Notes under the pieces: generated by a model
Seen by the model: only the letters and a program-made list of their open reading frames with translations
Database searches by the model: none
Told to the model about the DNA's origin: nothing
DNA from: a virus
DNA length: 54,953 nucleotides
Virus record (IMG/VR): IMGVR_UViG_3300024991_000003
Direction: 5' to 3' (one strand)
Part shown: positions 31,110 through 39,296 of the stretch, in pieces
Layout of the letters: the number at the start of each line of letters is the position of its first letter
Numbering within the stretch: position 1 is the stretch's first letter
Made by a program: the position numbers and the translations under genes

Positions 31110-33150
31110 TCTCTGGCCAACCTATGACGTTGAGAGCTTCCCGAATTGCTTCCTAGTGTCTGCCGAATTGCTGGGGTCCGACCAATGTAGCACATGGGAG
31201 ATCAGTGACTTTCGCGATGATCGCCGCTCATTGCTGGAATGGCTTTACTGGCTCAAAGAGAATGAGACGATTTCCATCGGTTTCAATAGTGTAGCATACG
31301 ACTATCAAATGGTGCATTATTTCATGATGCATCCGAATGCTACGGCTGCTGAAATGTATGCCGAAAACCAGCGCATCTTTGCTGCGCGGCAAGTGAACAA
31401 ATTTGCCAGCATTCCGCATTGGAAAAGAGTGATCCCGCAATTGGACCTTTTTTTAGTGCATCATTTTGATAATAAGGCCAAGACTAGCAGCCTCAAAGCG
31501 CTTGAAGTAAATATGCGCTCTCGTCGGGTGCTTGAGAGCAGTATCCCGTTTGGCACCGTCCTGACCGAACGCCAGATCAATGAGGTGATCATCCCTTATA
31601 ACGTTTGGGACGTCAAGGAAACCAAGCGATTTGCATTTTACTCCAAAGGTGCGATTGAATTCCGCATCGGTATGATCGAAGAATTCAGCATTGATGTGCT
31701 GAATTATAATGATACCAAAATTGGCAAAAAGATGCTGGAAAAGCGTCTTGGTGAGGATATTTGCTACACGCGCGATGCGAATGGCAGAAAACAGAAGCGC
31801 CAGACCATCCGCCGCACCATTCCGCTCAAAGACATCATCTTTCCATACATCTTTTTTGAAAACCCGGAATTCCAACGCATTCTTGATTTCAAAAAAGCAC
31901 AGGTGTTGCGCCCTGAGGATTTGGAAAATCCTGAGGCGACGATTAAGACCAAGGGTGCATACAAAATTCACGCCCACGTTGGTGGTTTGGATTTTCACTT
32001 TGGGACGGGCGGCGTCCATGCTTCCGTGGATCGCAAGGTGTTTCGCGAGGGCGCTGGCTATGGCATCCATGATATTGACGTGGAAGGTCTATACCCGCGC
32101 GTTGCCATCGTGAATTTGCTGGCACCTGAACACTTGGGTGAACGGTTCATTGTGGAATATGCCAAAATTCCAGAGGAACGCAAACAGCATGCTAAGGGCA
32201 CCTACAAGAATGGTGCTTTGAAACTAGCTGCAAACGGTGCATGGGGTGAAAGTAACAATGAGCATAGCGTATTTTACGATCCCAAATACGCTATGACGAT
32301 CCCGATCAATGGGCAACTTATGATTACGATGTTGGCAGAACGATTGGTCAACGTCCCTACGCTCAGTCTGATCCAAGCCAATACGGACGGTATCACGTAC
32401 ATGGTCCATGATGACTATGTGCCGATGTGCCGCGAGATCGAAAAGGTCTGGCAGGATTATACGATGCTGAAACTCGAATACGCTCAATATCAGAGCATGT
32501 TTATTCGTGATGTAAACAATTACATCGCTGTGAAGAAGGCCAAGCCGGGCAGCAATAATCCTGAGATCAAACTCAAGGGTGCGTATTGGACGCCTGACCC
32601 TCTGAATTATGCTGAGAGCATCAGTAACGCATCACCGCCTTGCTGGTACAAGGATTTGAGCAATATCGTATCAGTGCGCGCCGCTGTTGCCGCAATGGTC
32701 TGGGGCACTGATCCTGAACACTTCATCAGATGCCACACCGATCCATTTGATTTCATGATCAGGATCAAGGTTGACCGCAAAAGCCAACTCACGCTCGGCA
32801 ATGAGGTAATCCAATCAACCAGCCGCTATTATGTAGCAAAGAACGGTGCGCCCATGGTCAAAATCAGCCCACCACCTGAGGGCCATCATATCGGTCAATA
32901 TCGTCGCAAACCCAAAGTGACGCTGGCGGAATATAACGCCGTGATGGCGCAAACAGGTGGCGCATGGGATGAGCGGGTTTGCACTGGTAAACCCGATAAG
33001 CCGAATAGTTGGGGCACTTATGATATGCGCCGCACAGCGATTGAGGCCGGTTGGAACGTTGCCGAGTGCAATGATGCGGATAACTTTAGATTTGACAACG
33101 TGAATTATGATTATTACGTTGCAGAAGCTAAGAAGCTGATCATCAGCTAA
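31102..33150 (+). CDS. DNA polymerase with an N-terminal DEDDy exonuclease and B-family-like palm motifs (682 aa)
   Basis: YDVESF, FNSVAYDYQM and YNVWDV (Exo I-III); DIDVEGLYPRV (A), KLAANGAWGES (B), QANTDGITY (C); GTG 31102 after GGAG (track ATG is 31051). Confidence 0.8.
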   Translation: MNDLWPTYDVESFPNCFLVSAELLGSDQCSTWEISDFRDDRRSLLEWLYWLKENETISIGFNSVAYDYQMVHYFMMHPNATAAEMYAENQRIFAARQVNKFASIPHWKRVIPQLDLFLVHHFDNKAKTSSLKALEVNMRSRRVLESSIPFGTVLTERQINEVIIPYNVWDVKETKRFAFYSKGAIEFRIGMIEEFSIDVLNYNDTKIGKKMLEKRLGEDICYTRDANGRKQKRQTIRRTIPLKDIIFPYIFFENPEFQRILDFKKAQVLRPEDLENPEATIKTKGAYKIHAHVGGLDFHFGTGGVHASVDRKVFREGAGYGIHDIDVEGLYPRVAIVNLLAPEHLGERFIVEYAKIPEERKQHAKGTYKNGALKLAANGAWGESNNEHSVFYDPKYAMTIPINGQLMITMLAERLVNVPTLSLIQANTDGITYMVHDDYVPMCREIEKVWQDYTMLKLEYAQYQSMFIRDVNNYIAVKKAKPGSNNPEIKLKGAYWTPDPLNYAESISNASPPCWYKDLSNIVSVRAAVAAMVWGTDPEHFIRCHTDPFDFMIRIKVDRKSQLTLGNEVIQSTSRYYVAKNGAPMVKISPPPEGHHIGQYRRKPKVTLAEYNAVMAQTGGAWDERVCTGKPDKPNSWGTYDMRRTAIEAGWNVAECNDADNFRFDNVNYDYYVAEAKKLIIS

Positions 33151-33163
33151 GGGAGTACATCAC

Positions 33164-33358
33164 ATGGCACGATATATGCGCGTTACCGCACTCAAAGATA
33201 CGACCGCACCTTATACGGTCGGCAAGGAATACGAGTGTTTACCGCTTGACCTACCGCCAATCTTTGATGAACAATTCAATATCGTTGACGATGATGGTGA
33301 TATTGTGCCCATTTTTCTCGATGATCCCGAAATCGAATGGGAGTATCTGCCGTCATGA
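33164..33358 (+). CDS. hypothetical protein (64 aa)
   Basis: Track ORF; GGGAG SD. Confidence 0.65.
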   Translation: MARYMRVTALKDTTAPYTVGKEYECLPLDLPPIFDEQFNIVDDDGDIVPIFLDDPEIEWEYLPS

Positions 33359-33540
33359 GGTTCAAGCGTATCCGCCGTATCCTCTTTCGTCTGGCACTGA
33401 AAGGATGCAAACAAAACGATCCCAAAGCCGAGGCATATGCGCGCAGCGTCATGGATCGAGAGGGCGGCATCATTGAGGATGAAATCAGGATGCGGCGGGC
33501 GCTTAAATTGGAATACTTTTTGCTGCAATTGATGGATTAA
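33355..33540 (+). CDS. hypothetical basic protein (61 aa)
   Basis: Track ORF 33337..33540; the ATG at 33355 overlaps the upstream TGA (ATGA). Confidence 0.55.
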   Translation: MRFKRIRRILFRLALKGCKQNDPKAEAYARSVMDREGGIIEDEIRMRRALKLEYFLLQLMD

Positions 33541-33824
33541 CGCGGCGCCGCGTTAACCATCATCTCACATTGCGAAAAAATAGAGATGGCATCAGCCATT
33601 CGACCATTGGCCTTATCAAGCTGGCCGGTCTGCATCATAAATGCACCGGCCCACGCTTTCACCTGATCGCCAGAGCCATCAGGAAGTGGCGCACCATCGA
33701 CGCCCTTTTTCCACCCCTCAGGGATGAGTTTGCTGCACTGCGCAGGCGGGGTCGTTACGATAGGCCGGTTGCGTACACACCCCGGCAAGCACAGCACGAC
33801 GCACATCAGCAGGATTTTGCGCAC
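33537..33824 (-). CDS. o-spanin (outer-membrane lipoprotein, 95 aa)
   Basis: GTG after AGGAG; signal peptide plus lipobox RKILLMCVVLCLPG|C; starts inside the i-spanin gene in another frame. Confidence 0.7.
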   Translation of the reverse strand: MRKILLMCVVLCLPGCVRNRPIVTTPPAQCSKLIPEGWKKGVDGAPLPDGSGDQVKAWAGAFMMQTGQLDKANGRMADAISIFSQCEMMVNAAPR

Positions 33825-34083
33825 GATTGATCTCCTGTACAGTTTGATTGGTTGCCTTGTCCACCAGCACCTCAGCCTGAGCGCGGCTCTCAACAGTCTC
33901 AACTGCTGCGCTGCCAGCCTCACCATATGCCCCAGCGACCGCCGCAGAATGCTTCACCTGTGCGCTGGGGCCTGAGGGCCATGCCAACCAGATAAGCAGC
34001 CCCAGAAGCGCCACAGCCGCCACAATCAGTACCGGCATCGCCAGACGTGGGCCAAACTTGCGAATGAGCCATGCGTAGATCAT
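33718..34083 (-). CDS. i-spanin (121 aa)
   Basis: N-terminal TM helix PVLIVAAVALLGLLIWLAW then a periplasmic helical region; ATGA-coupled to the upstream gene; overlaps the o-spanin. Confidence 0.7.
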   Translation of the reverse strand: MIYAWLIRKFGPRLAMPVLIVAAVALLGLLIWLAWPSGPSAQVKHSAAVAGAYGEAGSAAVETVESRAQAEVLVDKATNQTVQEINRAQNPADVRRAVLAGVCTQPAYRNDPACAVQQTHP

Positions 34084-34361
34084 CGTGTGTTACCCCAAAA
34101 GGACAGGCCACGGCGGGCGATATGCAGGTAACGCAAGCTACCGTAGGTGATGAGCATAGAATGTGCCATGATGAGCGTTGTGGTGAGGCCGCTTGCTGAT
34201 AGATAGGCTGCGAAGCGATCCACACCAAAAAGGCCCATTGCGACACCCAGCGCCCAAATATTGAGCGCTTTCATGCGCCCGTTTTGGAGAACTGAGGGAA
34301 CGGCGCGATGCAACGTCAAAGCCGCAAGCAACAATTCGATAGCCGCCAAAAGAGCGTTCAT
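34080..34361 (-). CDS. holin/antiholin-like membrane protein (93 aa)
   Basis: About three hydrophobic helices; GGGGAG SD; lies between the holin and the spanins. Confidence 0.55.
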   Translation of the reverse strand: MNALLAAIELLLAALTLHRAVPSVLQNGRMKALNIWALGVAMGLFGVDRFAAYLSASGLTTTLIMAHSMLITYGSLRYLHIARRGLSFWGNTR

Positions 34362-34363
34362 GA

Positions 34364-34780
34364 TTATTTCTCCCCCGGCAGCTTGATTTTGTTCGGCAGG
34401 TCCGAAATGCGAGTAGTAGCGGTTTTGCCGAAACCAATGGTTGCCTCAGCAACAAACCGGGACAAACCGCCGCCGATACCCATGACAGCCTGCAACGGAA
34501 ATTCAGCAATCATTTTGACATGCTTGTGAAGCAATGCGAACATGATTGCCGCAACCAAACCGAGAAAGATAGTGGTCCAGACCGAGAGCCTACTATCAGG
34601 CTCAGACATGATCATGATACCGTAGGAACAACCGAGGGCGATAACTAACCCACCAAGGAAATCAGGAAGTGGGGCGGTGATGCCAAGTGCGACCACCAGC
34701 CCCGCTAAGATCAGTTTAAGCTCAATCCCGGTCATTACTTGCCCCTTGCCCTTGGTCGCTAAGGGGCCTTGATAAGGCAT
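34364..34780 (-). CDS. putative holin (138 aa; alternative start at M16)
   Basis: 3-4 TM helices directly after the endolysin gene; a second ATG at 34735 follows AAGGGG. Confidence 0.6.
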   Translation of the reverse strand: MPYQGPLATKGKGQVMTGIELKLILAGLVVALGITAPLPDFLGGLVIALGCSYGIMIMSEPDSRLSVWTTIFLGLVAAIMFALLHKHVKMIAEFPLQAVMGIGGGLSRFVAEATIGFGKTATTRISDLPNKIKLPGEK

Positions 34781-34786
34781 AACCGG

Positions 34787-35473
34787 TCAGGACGCAATTG
34801 CTCTCGCAAATTTGCGGTGATAGTCAAATTGCTCGTAGCCGGGGCCGTTATATGCCTTGACGAACGGGCGGCAACTATCGGGGTCATTCGCAACACAGGC
34901 TCTCAATTTGTCCTTGAGGCCATTCTTCTCAATAAAGCGCACATATGCCTCAAGGTGTGCAGCTTCACCGCTGATCATCGTTACAGCCATGTCAAATGCG
35001 CTGGCATATCCAAGAAATCGAGCGTTACCACCCATGATTTGGAACGCACCCCATGAGCATGCCTGAAACGCTGCATCGGGATCGAGCGCGCATGCCGCAG
35101 CCAATTTTGTCCATTGAACGCTGAGAGGGCCATAACCACCGGGACCATAGGGGCCACCGGAGAGATCGGGATTGCTCAAATTGAAACGGTTTGGCGGCGT
35201 CGTTGCAGCGGCAAACTTATGACGCTCAAAAAGGATTACCGGGCGCGATTTGTTGTCAAAAGAACCACGAGGGCTTTCACATGTGATGCTGGCATTGATG
35301 TGCCCAACACTCACACCCAAGCGATCAGCAGCAGCCTTTTTATCGGCTTCACTAAAATGTGTTGCGTTTGGATTGGAAAAATGCGCAAAAAGCGCATCGG
35401 TTGATTTTGCACCAAAAACACCATCGGGTTTTACACCCAGAATGGTTTGCAGATCAGTGACGCTCATGCTCAT
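34787..35473 (-). CDS. endolysin: PG-binding domain + N-acetylmuramidase (DUF3380-type) (228 aa)
   Basis: LGVKPDGVFGAKSTDAL (PG_binding_1); ILFERHKF, SWGAFQIMGGN and AYNGPGYEQFDYHRK match the muramidase family. Confidence 0.85.
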   Translation of the reverse strand: MSMSVTDLQTILGVKPDGVFGAKSTDALFAHFSNPNATHFSEADKKAAADRLGVSVGHINASITCESPRGSFDNKSRPVILFERHKFAAATTPPNRFNLSNPDLSGGPYGPGGYGPLSVQWTKLAAACALDPDAAFQACSWGAFQIMGGNARFLGYASAFDMAVTMISGEAAHLEAYVRFIEKNGLKDKLRACVANDPDSCRPFVKAYNGPGYEQFDYHRKFARAIAS

Positions 35474-35481
35474 ATTGCACC

Positions 35482-37578
35482 TCAGGTTACGGTTACAGAA
35501 ACAGGGCCAGTAGGTGTAGAGGATGTACCGTCAGCAGTGCGCGCTACAACCCAAAAATACTTGGTGCCAGTGGTGGTAGTGTAATTGTAGGACATTACTT
35601 CACCCAAACCACCGGGAATGTTGCCGACAACTTTACTTGCCGATCCAAATGATGTACTGGTGCCCATCCAGAGATCAATGTAGGAAAATGCTGCACTTGT
35701 TGGATTTCTCCAACCAATCGTTGCAACACCGCTACCAGCGGCAACACCCGTTAGACCTGTGGGGGCACTGATTGGTGTTGCAGTGGTAAATGTGACAAGA
35801 CTTGACCAATCGCTCACCGTAATACCGCCGATACGTGAGCGATAGCGAATATAATATTCGATCCCATCTGCCACAACACCGCTGATAGCAAAATAATTGT
35901 ACATATCAACGGTCATGTAAATCCATAGACCACTCGCGTAATCACTGACGCGAATGTACTGGAATTCATAAGCTTTACCGTAAGCATCAGGCGGATCGAA
36001 CTGCACCTGAATTGTATTGTCAATCTGTGTGAAAACAAGACCAGTGGGAAGTTCAACAACCAATGCTGCGCTCCCGCTGCTGTTGACCACAGGCTTAGGC
36101 TTTTCTTCACCAGCAAGCAGCGTCCAACGATTTACATCCACCGGGACCAAGCCAACCTGACAAGTTGCACCAGCCGCATCGATCTCAACCTGACTGGCAA
36201 CTTCATAATCACCAGCAAACGCATTATCGTAGTCGAGATTGATAATGCGTTCATGCATGCATGCCAGACCGCGCAAAAGCGTAGTAGGTGCGAGTTTCTG
36301 CAATGGCTGATTGCGCATGCCAATGGCTTTAGCAATCCGCATCGCTTGATTGTGATCTTGGATCGCAGGAATATCAATCGTCAAAAACGTTGCAGCCGTA
36401 CCGGCAATGTAATAGTTAGGATTGTACCATGCCGCTGATGGCTGCAAAGCATAAGCTGCATCGGGGTCAGAATACCGGACAATTACACCCTGCGTCTCGC
36501 TTTCACCGTCAAGGGCCTCAAGGCTTTCCATCGCGAGAATGTCGCGATTGCGACTGAGAGATACCGTTGGTGTATAATAATAACCACAACGTGACCAATA
36601 ACGACCGTCACTATCAAATACAATTTGACCATCCATGGTTGCGAGGATCGATGCTTCTGCTTCACCGCGCTCCTGATCCTCAGGAATTGAAACATCGCAA
36701 CGATAGCGCGTATGTGATCCGTAAGCGCCTACCACCGTTTGATCGCATATGTCAGCCATCTCTCCTACTCGCGTCCAATTGATGCTGCTTTCGGGTTTAT
36801 TGCGACCATAGCGATGAGTGCGAAAACGCGCCCATACTAAGGCTGAATTGCGCGTAAATTTATAGGTGGTAGGATCACCCAAAACTTGAGTATTGTCGCG
36901 AGGATCATAACAAAAATTATAATTACCAACGATTGCGACATTCGGTTCACCAAGACCCAGAGGGCCGCGCCACTTGTACCACTTATAGCGACCCTCAGTT
37001 TTCATGCCGAGACAACGCACAACGGTATATGTTGTTCCAACAAGCAAATGGTCATCTGTCCATTGCGCAAAATAAGACCGGAATGCTGCACTCGGGAACG
37101 GTGGGACGGGGTTGCTCATCGTGTGAGTTGCAGTGTAAAGCCAAATGTGAGTATTACCGGCACCATCATATGTGACAGCCTCATTGTTATCATTGAGGCG
37201 AAACGCTTTGCTTTGTACCGCACCACTCCCATCAACGGTGACAGGCAGGTCATCCAGATAATAACCGGCGATACTGTCAATCGGCGCATCACCGTGAACG
37301 ACAATATACCAAAGATCAGCATTACTGGCAAATTCAGCAAACACCGTAGCACCACCGGTCTTGCATTTGCCAGCATGAAAGAAGCGCGGTGCCTCAGCAA
37401 TTCGCACGTTGATCTTTTCTTGAGTAGCAGAGGATTTGCTACCGAACAATGCAAAACCGATGATGGCACCGATAGCCAAACCGAGAAATACACCGACAAC
37501 AGGTCCAAACAAAACAGTCGCAACCACGGCAACAGCGATGGTGATGATTGCTTGAAAGATTTTCTTCAAGACTGACAC
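35482..37578 (-). CDS. central tail fibre/host-specificity (J-like) protein with an N-terminal TM segment and a C-terminal FN3 domain (698 aa)
   Basis: Last and largest gene of the tail-tip set; FN3-like PTGLTGVAAGSGVATIGWRNP at the C-terminus; the track start 37593 is TTG, and GTG 37578 follows GGAGAG. Confidence 0.7.
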   Translation of the reverse strand: MSVLKKIFQAIITIAVAVVATVLFGPVVGVFLGLAIGAIIGFALFGSKSSATQEKINVRIAEAPRFFHAGKCKTGGATVFAEFASNADLWYIVVHGDAPIDSIAGYYLDDLPVTVDGSGAVQSKAFRLNDNNEAVTYDGAGNTHIWLYTATHTMSNPVPPFPSAAFRSYFAQWTDDHLLVGTTYTVVRCLGMKTEGRYKWYKWRGPLGLGEPNVAIVGNYNFCYDPRDNTQVLGDPTTYKFTRNSALVWARFRTHRYGRNKPESSINWTRVGEMADICDQTVVGAYGSHTRYRCDVSIPEDQERGEAEASILATMDGQIVFDSDGRYWSRCGYYYTPTVSLSRNRDILAMESLEALDGESETQGVIVRYSDPDAAYALQPSAAWYNPNYYIAGTAATFLTIDIPAIQDHNQAMRIAKAIGMRNQPLQKLAPTTLLRGLACMHERIINLDYDNAFAGDYEVASQVEIDAAGATCQVGLVPVDVNRWTLLAGEEKPKPVVNSSGSAALVVELPTGLVFTQIDNTIQVQFDPPDAYGKAYEFQYIRVSDYASGLWIYMTVDMYNYFAISGVVADGIEYYIRYRSRIGGITVSDWSSLVTFTTATPISAPTGLTGVAAGSGVATIGWRNPTSAAFSYIDLWMGTSTSFGSASKVVGNIPGGLGEVMSYNYTTTTGTKYFWVVARTADGTSSTPTGPVSVTVT

Positions 37579-37964
37579 GGTGCAACTCTCCAAGCAAAAA
37601 CTACATCAACCAAGCGCCGGGACAACTCGATTACCCCTCGCTCCCCTCTTACTGCTATTCCCGGCCCGGTGCAAAGACCACCGATCAAGTCACCATCCTT
37701 GAGGCGGATCACTACCATATCGCCCCGGCGCGCATCCTCAGGTGGGCAGCGAGGAAAACCGGCCAAATCAATCAAGCCCTGAGGGCCACCATAAGCCGCC
37801 ATGATGGCCTTGGCCTTCTCTTGAGTATGATATAGCCCCCGCCATCCTTTCCCTACGTCTGCACCCCCTGCGGCGGCTGCATAGGCACCTAAGGACATGA
37901 GGCAGTCGGTCTGGCCATATGCAAATCGGCTCTGACGCCATGCTTTAAGGGTTTGGTCGATCAC
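37566..37964 (-). CDS. tail-tip protein in the lambda K slot (possible NlpC/P60-like; 132 aa)
   Basis: Position before the J-like gene; FAYGQTDC motif could hold a nucleophile Cys; GTGA overlap upstream. Confidence 0.45.
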   Translation of the reverse strand: MIDQTLKAWRQSRFAYGQTDCLMSLGAYAAAAGGADVGKGWRGLYHTQEKAKAIMAAYGGPQGLIDLAGFPRCPPEDARRGDMVVIRLKDGDLIGGLCTGPGIAVRGERGVIELSRRLVDVVFAWRVAPCQS

Positions 37965-38620
37965 GGCAGGGTATAAGTCCGATTGGCAAGTGTCGCCACA
38001 AATTCACAACCACGATCCAACGCTATACCCAATTCAGCCGCCCGCCGCTTTTGCATCGTATCGGTATAAGTGCCGTTGGGCTTTTTCCATCGACCAAAGT
38101 TTGCATCCTTGGTCGTTACCGATATGACATATTTGCGCTGCAATGATTTACCGTCATTGCTTTCGATCTTTTCGGAAAACTTGGGTGAGAACATCGTGAG
38201 TTCTTTGAAGGCGATATAAGGTGTACTGATGCGCAATGCTTCATCGACCTTGAATATGGCCATGTAACACCAAAGAGATCGACCGTTGACCCGCCATTGT
38301 TCAGCCTTTAATTGCTCATAGGTTTCCCTCACGTCTTGATCGGGCAATTGCGGAATTTCCAGCGAAAACTCATAAGTCGCACTCGTCCCATCACGACCAT
38401 CTTGAATAGCTGGTGCAGTGTGATAATCATTCCCGTTTGGGCCAACGGTGCCGAGCCATTCCTGATTGTCGGAAGTGATAAGTGTTCCTTGACCCTTCCA
38501 AATATGCAATGGCGCACCATTGAAATCATAAAACCACAAAGGTCGGGACACTACTCGAATGTCATCGATACTATCGGCTGGGCCGTAATATTGATCCAAT
38601 GTTGTATAAAAATCACTCAT
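37961..38620 (-). CDS. minor tail protein (219 aa)
   Basis: Second gene after the tape measure; function from synteny only. Confidence 0.55.
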   Translation of the reverse strand: MSDFYTTLDQYYGPADSIDDIRVVSRPLWFYDFNGAPLHIWKGQGTLITSDNQEWLGTVGPNGNDYHTAPAIQDGRDGTSATYEFSLEIPQLPDQDVRETYEQLKAEQWRVNGRSLWCYMAIFKVDEALRISTPYIAFKELTMFSPKFSEKIESNDGKSLQRKYVISVTTKDANFGRWKKPNGTYTDTMQKRRAAELGIALDRGCEFVATLANRTYTLP

Positions 38621-39296
38621 TGATGATTACCTCCATCAATGTGATCTTTGGCATCTGAATTAGGCCCGCCATATCTGCATCATACGTCGCGAGAATATCA
38701 TTCTGATTGGCAATCTGACCGGTGAAATAAGGTCGATTAAACGCATTGTCACCAACCGCAATGTTAGCCCTTACAGGCGGTGAAACATCAAGTTGATATT
38801 TCGATCCGCCAAGTGCGGTCACCTTGTTGATCATGTAAGCACTGTGTTTATGACCAATCAAATGACCGCGCGAAAAAATTGCACCATACGCTGCGGTATC
38901 GACTGTAACCTTAGAAGTACCCTTGAGCGACACAGCACCAAAAGTTAATGCCAGATCGCCCATCCAATTTTGACCATTGGACCAAGGTGAATTGTTATCC
39001 CACGGCACACCGTCATTCGTCGATCTACCTCCCGCAATCTGCGGTGTCGGTGCCAGTCTGACGCGCAGGATTTTACCTGATCCCTGAGACATGAGCCAAC
39101 TGGTTTCCGGGTAATCCCATTCGTTAACCTGCATCGCCGGTTGAATATCGAGATGTGCAAAACCACCCGGCTCATACGTCATGATGCGCGCACCACCGGT
39201 GGTAAATCCCCCGGCAGATGAGGTGCCGGGGGTATAAAATAATTGCTTCTCGATTGGAAAATTCGGGAAGTCAAAAATTTCATCGGTAATAGCCAT
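38613..39296 (-). CDS. distal/minor tail protein (227 aa)
   Basis: Immediately follows the tape measure (TGATG overlap); function from synteny only. Confidence 0.55.
   Translation of the reverse strand: MAITDEIFDFPNFPIEKQLFYTPGTSSAGGFTTGGARIMTYEPGGFAHLDIQPAMQVNEWDYPETSWLMSQGSGKILRVRLAPTPQIAGGRSTNDGVPWDNNSPWSNGQNWMGDLALTFGAVSLKGTSKVTVDTAAYGAIFSRGHLIGHKHSAYMINKVTALGGSKYQLDVSPPVRANIAVGDNAFNRPYFTGQIANQNDILATYDADMAGLIQMPKITLMEVIINE

Noticed and set aside
31102-33150. Protein-primed (phi29-like) replication inferred from the PolB-like motifs
   Set aside because: The contig closes on itself rather than ending in inverted terminal repeats. A primase-helicase is present, and no terminal-protein candidate lies next to the polymerase.
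33537-33556. 20-bp palindrome ttaacgcggcgccgcgttaa as a bidirectional terminator
   Set aside because: It would form a loop-less GC stem with no flanking T-runs. It is more likely a by-product of two convergent genes sharing stop-codon sequence, so I noted it only within the lysis-cassette finding.
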